Of a stretch of DNA of 20,330 nt, positions 15,476-20,330 are shown one piece after another. Origin of the DNA: a virus; UHGV virus genome UHGV-1370261. One strand, given 5' to 3'. Below the pieces are notes generated by a model. It saw only the letters and a list, made by a program, of their open reading frames with translations. It did not search any database and was not told where the DNA came from. The position numbers were made by a program, and so were the translations under genes. Each line of letters starts with the position of its first letter. The first letter of the stretch is position 1.

Positions 15476-15681
15476 TGATGTTTGAAGACCGTCTCGTGCT
15501 CGATAAGCTACTAAAAGCTTATGACAAAGCTTACTATGAAGGCCGGCCCGAACAAGCAGTTCTACTCAAAGAACAAATCGAAAAATTATTGGGGACTCTT
15601 CCGACTATTCCAAAAAAGAATATAACATATATAGAAAATAATAATCGGAGGAAACAAAATGGCTCCAACTTCAAAAAATAG
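15472..15681 (+). CDS. hypothetical protein (69 aa), overlaps the MTase start
   Basis: ORF coupled to the preceding micro-ORF. It ends with the only TAG stop among called genes. It may be real or may be a frame artefact. Confidence 0.3.
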   Translation: MMMFEDRLVLDKLLKAYDKAYYEGRPEQAVLLKEQIEKLLGTLPTIPKKNITYIENNNRRKQNGSNFKK

Positions 15682-16573
15682 TAATCTTCATACCGCAAAG
15701 AAAGCAAAAAATGATGAATTTTATACTCGGTATGACGATATCGAAGCTGAAGTGATGAAATATCGTAAATATTTTAGAGATAAAGTTGTATATCTACCTT
15801 GCGATGATCCTGTAGAAAAGAAGAGTGAATTCTGGTCTTTCTTTGTGAATAATTTTGATGCTTTTGGAATTAGAAAGTTGATTGCCACTCATTATGATGA
15901 AAATGGTAAGACCTATAAAATTTGGATTGATAGAGATATTACAAATGATGGCTATATTGACGATAGTGATGCACTACAAGAAGACTTGACCGGCAATGGA
16001 GATTTCCGTAGTCCAGAATGTATTGAGATTCTTAGTGAGTGCGATATTGTTTGTACTAATCCACCTTTTAGTCTGATGAAAGAATTTTTACCTCTAATTC
16101 TCAAATATAATAAACAATTTTTGGTGATTGGCCCTCTGAATGCTGTTACTTATAAAGAAATTTTTCCTTATGTTTTAGAAAAACGTATTTGGGCAGGATA
16201 TAATAATGTGCGTCATTTTAAAGATCCAGAAGGTAATGACCGCACTATGGGAAATACTTTTTGGTATACTAATTTGCCTAATAGATCTTTGACCGATGAA
16301 ATTGTACTTACAAAGAAATATGATTCAAGTAAGTATGGTGTCTTTGATGAACGTCCTGACATTATAAATATTAATCGAGTAACCGATATTCCAGCTAATT
16401 ATGATGGTCTCATGGGCGTACCAACATCTTTTTTCCAAGGAAAATATAATCCCAATCAATTTGAGATTGTTGGAGAAATTAAACATGGCTCAGATGGCGA
16501 TTTTGATTTTTGCAAGCCTTTTGTAAATGGTGTAGAAAAATTTACAAGATTAGTTATTCGTTGTAAAAAGTAA
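15659..16573 (+). CDS. N6-adenine DNA methyltransferase, EcoRI-methylase-like family (orphan)
   Basis: 304 aa. The N-terminal NDEFYTRYDDIE and catalytic motif IV CTNPPFS (the (D/N)PP(F/Y) signature of amino-methyltransferases) match the 'adenine-specific methyltransferase EcoRI' family, common in Firmicutes phages. GGAGG RBS. No cognate restriction enzyme is obvious nearby. Confidence 0.65.
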   Translation: MAPTSKNSNLHTAKKAKNDEFYTRYDDIEAEVMKYRKYFRDKVVYLPCDDPVEKKSEFWSFFVNNFDAFGIRKLIATHYDENGKTYKIWIDRDITNDGYIDDSDALQEDLTGNGDFRSPECIEILSECDIVCTNPPFSLMKEFLPLILKYNKQFLVIGPLNAVTYKEIFPYVLEKRIWAGYNNVRHFKDPEGNDRTMGNTFWYTNLPNRSLTDEIVLTKKYDSSKYGVFDERPDIININRVTDIPANYDGLMGVPTSFFQGKYNPNQFEIVGEIKHGSDGDFDFCKPFVNGVEKFTRLVIRCKK

Positions 16574-16651
16574 AAACCTAAAACCTACTTGGCCCGCGAG
16601 TCTCAAAAATAAGGCTGGCGGGCTAAATACTACCCAAAAGGAGGGATAGAC

Positions 16652-17002
16652 ATGGCACTAAGTCCAAAGCAAATGAAGGCTCTTGAACTTCTAACTTGTG
16701 GGAAAGGATTGACCTATAAGGTAATCGCTGAAGAAACTGGCGTTAGCCCCAAAACATTATGGAACTGGCGTTATGGAAAAGCTTTTACCGAGTTTCAAGA
16801 GGAATTGAAGAAGCTAAATGACGATAGATGGATGGCGGCGGTTGACGCTGCCAGAGAAGGAGCAATCTCGCTCTGTCGAGACGGTAATCAAAAGATGATT
16901 GAATTTGTTTTGAAGAATGAAGGTTTCAATCCTACACAGAAAGTAGAGGCCGATGTAAGTTCTACTATCACAATAAATATCGGTGAGGAAGGAGAAGAAT
17001 AA
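16652..17002 (+). CDS. terminase small subunit
   Basis: 116 aa with an N-terminal HTH-like segment (LTYKVIAEETGVSPKTLWNW). It lies immediately upstream of the large terminase gene and is first in the late operon. Confidence 0.6.
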   Translation: MALSPKQMKALELLTCGKGLTYKVIAEETGVSPKTLWNWRYGKAFTEFQEELKKLNDDRWMAAVDAAREGAISLCRDGNQKMIEFVLKNEGFNPTQKVEADVSSTITINIGEEGEE

Positions 17003-17039
17003 ATGGATTTCTCTTTTGAGGTAAAAGGTGGTGATGCTT

Positions 17040-18289
17040 ATGCCTAATATAAATCTCAATATAAAAAAGAGTGTTTTCAATGATACTTATTTTCCTCATT
17101 TACAAGACTACTCAAAGCGATATGAGATTTATTACGGCGGATAGGAGCCGGCTCGGGCAAAAGCGTTTTCCTAACTCAAAAGCTTCTAATCAAAGCTATG
17201 GCCCGACGCCGTAAAGTTTTGGTTATTCGTAAATTTGCTACAACTCTAAAAGATAGTGTATTTCAACTCTTTATAGATACTCTAAAACAATGGAATCTCT
17301 ATTCTTACTGTAAGATAAACCTTTCTACTTATACAATAACTCTTCCTAATGAGAGTATTATCCTATTCAAAGGATTGGATAACGAAGAAAAGATAAAGTC
17401 GATAGCAGGAATTACTGATATATGGTGTGAAGAAGCAACAGAACTTACAGAGGATGAGTTCACGCAATTAGACCTACGTTTGAGAGCAAAGGAGCCCGAC
17501 CTTCAGGCGTTCGCAAGCTTCAATCCTGTGTCTCGAGCCAATTGGGTTTTCAAGAAGTGGTTTGCCGAAGACGCAATAGTAAATCCCAACAATACAATGA
17601 TACTCAAAACCACTTATAAGGACAATAAGTTTTTGCCAAAAGAATATACCGATGCTTTGGAGGAGAAGGCCCGCACCAATCCCACTTATTATCGTATCTA
17701 CGCATTAGGAGAGTTTTGTTCTCTCGATAAACTTATTTTCAATAACTGGAAAGTAGAAGAATTCAATCACAACGACATAAAGGGCCAACTAATCGTAGGT
17801 CTGGATTTTGGCTTCTCAAATGACCCCTCGGTGGTCATCGCGAGTATTGTCGATGAAAACACGAACACTATATACATTTTCAAGACCTGGGGTGATACCA
17901 ACAAAACCAATGATGATTTGGCCTCAATTATAACTTCTCTGGGCTTTGCTAAATCTCAAATAAAAGCAGATTGTAGTGAACCCAAATCAATCGAAGAACT
18001 AAAAAGAAAAGGTATAACTCGAATATCTGCCTGCTCCAAAGGAAAAGACAGTATTCTCTATGGTATCCAAACCTTACAACAATACCAAATCATCGTTCAT
18101 CCATCCTGCGAGGGCATTATAACAGAGTTTGAGAATTATAGCTGGCAGAAAGATAAAAAGACTGGTGAGTATCTAAACCAGCCTATTGATAGTTTCAACC
18201 ACTATATAGATGCTCTACGTTATTCAATCCAAATAATTGATAAATCAAAAAAGCTCAAATCTTTTAGTAGAAATGGATTAGGCTTATAA
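17040..18289 (+). CDS. Terminase large subunit, PBSX family. The reading frame is interrupted at 17142: 34 codons end in TAG, then the frame shifts by +2 into the Walker A box.
   Basis: Frame 0 from ATG 17040 reads MPNINLNIKKSVFNDTYFPHLQDYSKRYEIYYGG*, the classic PBSX-family terL N-terminus up to the YGG that normally precedes the P-loop. The frame-2 ORF (track 17198..18289, actually open from 17126) then reads (I)GAGSGKSVFLTQKLL..., with Walker A GAGSGKS, Walker B DIWCEEATE, and nuclease motifs VGLDFGFSNDPS / NHYIDALRY. Deleting the 5 nt TAGGA (17142-17146) yields YYGGAGSGKS in one frame. Confidence 0.8.
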
Positions 18290-18299
18290 GGAGGAAAGT

Positions 18300-18575
18300 A
18301 TGGCTTTAGAACTACTAGGTAACGCAATTCGCCTTACTAATGGCGACAATACACCAATCTCCAAAGTTATCAAAGATAGCGACGGCGTGCCTATCACAAC
18401 CGGTGATATGAAACTAATTATCCCCGATATTGGTTTATCTATTACCGGAATTTATGAAAATGGTGTATGGAGTTTTGAAATTCCCAGTAATCCTAATATC
18501 AAAGGGCGGCATATGTATCTCTTTGAATATAATGGAACTTATTTGGAATTTGAGGCTCCTATTTATTTTGAGTGA
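18300..18575 (+). CDS. hypothetical protein between terL and portal
   Basis: 91 aa with a GGAGG RBS. No recognisable motif. Confidence 0.4.
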   Translation: MALELLGNAIRLTNGDNTPISKVIKDSDGVPITTGDMKLIIPDIGLSITGIYENGVWSFEIPSNPNIKGRHMYLFEYNGTYLEFEAPIYFE

Positions 18576-18588
18576 GGTGAGATAAATA

Positions 18589-19905
18589 ATGTTTTATATA
18601 AATAAAGAAGCTCCCCTAACCGATGCTCTGCTTCATAAGCTAATAAATCAATTCCAAACCACAGAACTTCCCAAGCTAAAGAGGTGGGGCGACTACTACA
18701 ACGGTATTCAAAAAATCCTAAACAAATCTTATAGCGACCCAACAAAAGAATGTAATCATATCATTACTAATATGTGTAAGACTATTGTTGATACATACGC
18801 GGGCTACATTTGTGGTAAGCCAATCACCTACACAAGTAATAGTGATATTAGTGATGTTCAAAGTGTCATCAACTATAATGATAGTTCTGCCGAGGATTAT
18901 GAGTGGCTATCTAATAGTCTTATCTACTCCGTAGGTTATGAACTCTATTGGATTGATGCTTACTCCCAAGTCAGATATTCCCAAATTAGCCCTCTATGCG
19001 GTTTCCCTATCTACGACAATAGCCTTGACCAAGAACTCTTATACTTTGTTAGATGGTATAAGGAAGATAGTTTCAATGATAATGACAATTACTTTGTTGA
19101 GGTATATGATAAGTTCTCCATCAAAGTCTATAAGAGCATCGGGCTAAATGGTGCTTTCACTCCTGTTGAGGAAAAGGCTCACTACTTCAAAGATGTTCCT
19201 GTGTCTGTATTCTGGCTCAATACCCAAGAGCAAAATATCTTCAATTCTATTATTACTCTCCAAGACGCCTATAATGACCTACAAAGTGGCGAAATTGATA
19301 GCTTCAATGCCTGGGTAGATAGTTATCTCGTTCTTACTAACTGTGATGCCGGCGAGGATGAGTTGAGGGTTATGAAGGAGAACCGCACAATGATATTACC
19401 AGAAGGTTCAACTGCTACTTTCCTTACGAAGAATGTTAGTGATACTCAAATCTCTAATATGCTTGAAAATATCCGTAAGAACATCTATAAGATTACTGCT
19501 TGCCCGGACACATCAGACGAGGTCTTTATGGCCCAATCTGGTGAGGCTATCAAATGGAAGCTAACTGGCTTTGAGAACGCCGCGGCGGGCATCGTGGCAA
19601 AGATGACAAAAGCAGTTCAAAAGCGGATTGAACTCATCTGTAATATTCTCAATCTAAAAGCAACTGATGCTATCTGGCGGGATATCGATATTCAATTCAC
19701 TCGTAATCTACCTACTAACAATACTGAACTCATTAGTCTGGTTCAAAATCTACAAGGTATTGTATCAAGTGAAACTCTATTGTCTCTCTTACCTTTTGTA
19801 AAGGACACAACCGCAGAAATGGAAAAACTCAATCAAGAGAAGCAAGCCAATATGGCCCTCTATAGTTTTGGGCTGACTACGGACGAGGAGACTGATGTCG
19901 AATGA
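18589..19905 (+). CDS. portal protein (SPP1 gp6-like)
   Basis: 438 aa in the position after terL. The N-terminal region (...LKRWGDYYNGIQ...ITNMCKTIVDTYAGYICGKPITY...) is consistent with the SPP1-type portal family. The stop overlaps the next start (ATGA). Confidence 0.7.
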   Translation: MFYINKEAPLTDALLHKLINQFQTTELPKLKRWGDYYNGIQKILNKSYSDPTKECNHIITNMCKTIVDTYAGYICGKPITYTSNSDISDVQSVINYNDSSAEDYEWLSNSLIYSVGYELYWIDAYSQVRYSQISPLCGFPIYDNSLDQELLYFVRWYKEDSFNDNDNYFVEVYDKFSIKVYKSIGLNGAFTPVEEKAHYFKDVPVSVFWLNTQEQNIFNSIITLQDAYNDLQSGEIDSFNAWVDSYLVLTNCDAGEDELRVMKENRTMILPEGSTATFLTKNVSDTQISNMLENIRKNIYKITACPDTSDEVFMAQSGEAIKWKLTGFENAAAGIVAKMTKAVQKRIELICNILNLKATDAIWRDIDIQFTRNLPTNNTELISLVQNLQGIVSSETLLSLLPFVKDTTAEMEKLNQEKQANMALYSFGLTTDEETDVE

Positions 19906-20330
19906 ATTACTGGGCCAAAAGACTCATTGATGAACAAAATAAAATTAGTGATAGAACAATCGCAGAAGCCCAGGCCCAACTACGAAAATATTACTTGACT
20001 GCTTCAAGAACTATTATCAAAGAGTTTGAATCGCTTTATGAGAAAGTATTGAGAGCAATAGCAGAAGGTAAAGAAATCACGCCCGCTTGGCTCTATACTA
20101 TGGATAAGTATTGGGAACTACAAGCTCAACTCAAATCAACTCTTACCAGTCTGGGAGAAAAAGAACATAAACTCTTATCAAAAAAATTCGAGAAAGAATA
20201 TAAAGATATCTATAACTCAATTCCTTTGAAATCCGATAAAATGTTCACCACTTTGGGCGAAACCGCGAAGTCAATCGTAAATCGGCCCTGGACACCAGAC
20301 GGAATTCATTTTTCTCAACGCATATGGAAG
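19902..20330 (+). CDS. Head morphogenesis protein (SPP1 gp7 / Mu F family), N-terminal part. The ORF runs off the window end exactly at a codon boundary.
   Basis: 143 codons ending ...NRPWTPDGIHFSQRIWK, the family's W..DG..FS.RIW motif. It continues seamlessly into the ORF at 1..381 if the ends are joined. Confidence 0.75.
   Translation, partial: MNYWAKRLIDEQNKISDRTIAEAQAQLRKYYLTASRTIIKEFESLYEKVLRAIAEGKEITPAWLYTMDKYWELQAQLKSTLTSLGEKEHKLLSKKFEKEYKDIYNSIPLKSDKMFTTLGETAKSIVNRPWTPDGIHFSQRIWK

Noticed and set aside
17142-17144. Possibility that TAG is reassigned as a sense codon (amber recoding), making terL continuous
   Set aside because: Reading through TAG in frame 0 gives ...GGQEPARAKAFS and a TAA 10 codons later. 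The Walker A box and the rest of terL remain out of frame, so a frame change would still be required.
1-20330. tRNA genes, CRISPR arrays, integrase/attachment site, CI-like repressor
   Set aside because: No tRNA-like GTTCGA/T-loop consensus and no regularly spaced identical repeats with spacers. No tyrosine or serine recombinase-like ORF or divergent repressor gene was found. Their absence is consistent with a lytic or plasmid-like lifestyle.

Overview
This window is best read as an almost entirely plus-strand genome of a small tailed siphovirus-like phage from a low-GC Gram-positive host (visually AT-rich, strong AGGAGG-type RBSs, TAA stops dominant). Gene order is early/replication region (12.8-16.6 kb: iterons, promoter, winged-helix Rep-like protein, PD-(D/E)xK nuclease, EcoRI-methylase-like N6-adenine MTase), then terS, terL, portal, Mu-F/gp7 head morphogenesis, scaffold, major capsid, connector and neck proteins, major tail, frameshifted tail chaperones, tape measure, Dit-like, Tal-like, collar-domain fibre, and XhlA/holin/amidase-SPOR endolysin. 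The two window ends are in-frame halves of a single head-morphogenesis gene, so the 20,330 nt are most simply a complete circular or permuted genome with no integrase, repressor or DNA polymerase. The most unusual signal is in terL: a 5-nt TAGGA insert between two GGA codons directly before the Walker A box (GGA-UAG-GA|GCC). It is either a gene-60-style translational hop or recoding site, or a disabling lesion. Other signals are a plasmid-like iteron/operator replicon architecture, a family of near-identical GC hairpins after the capsid, tail and lysin genes, and a strong strand-biased excess of CCGCGG/GCGGGC words. All similarity calls come from motif recognition by eye, because no searches could be run.
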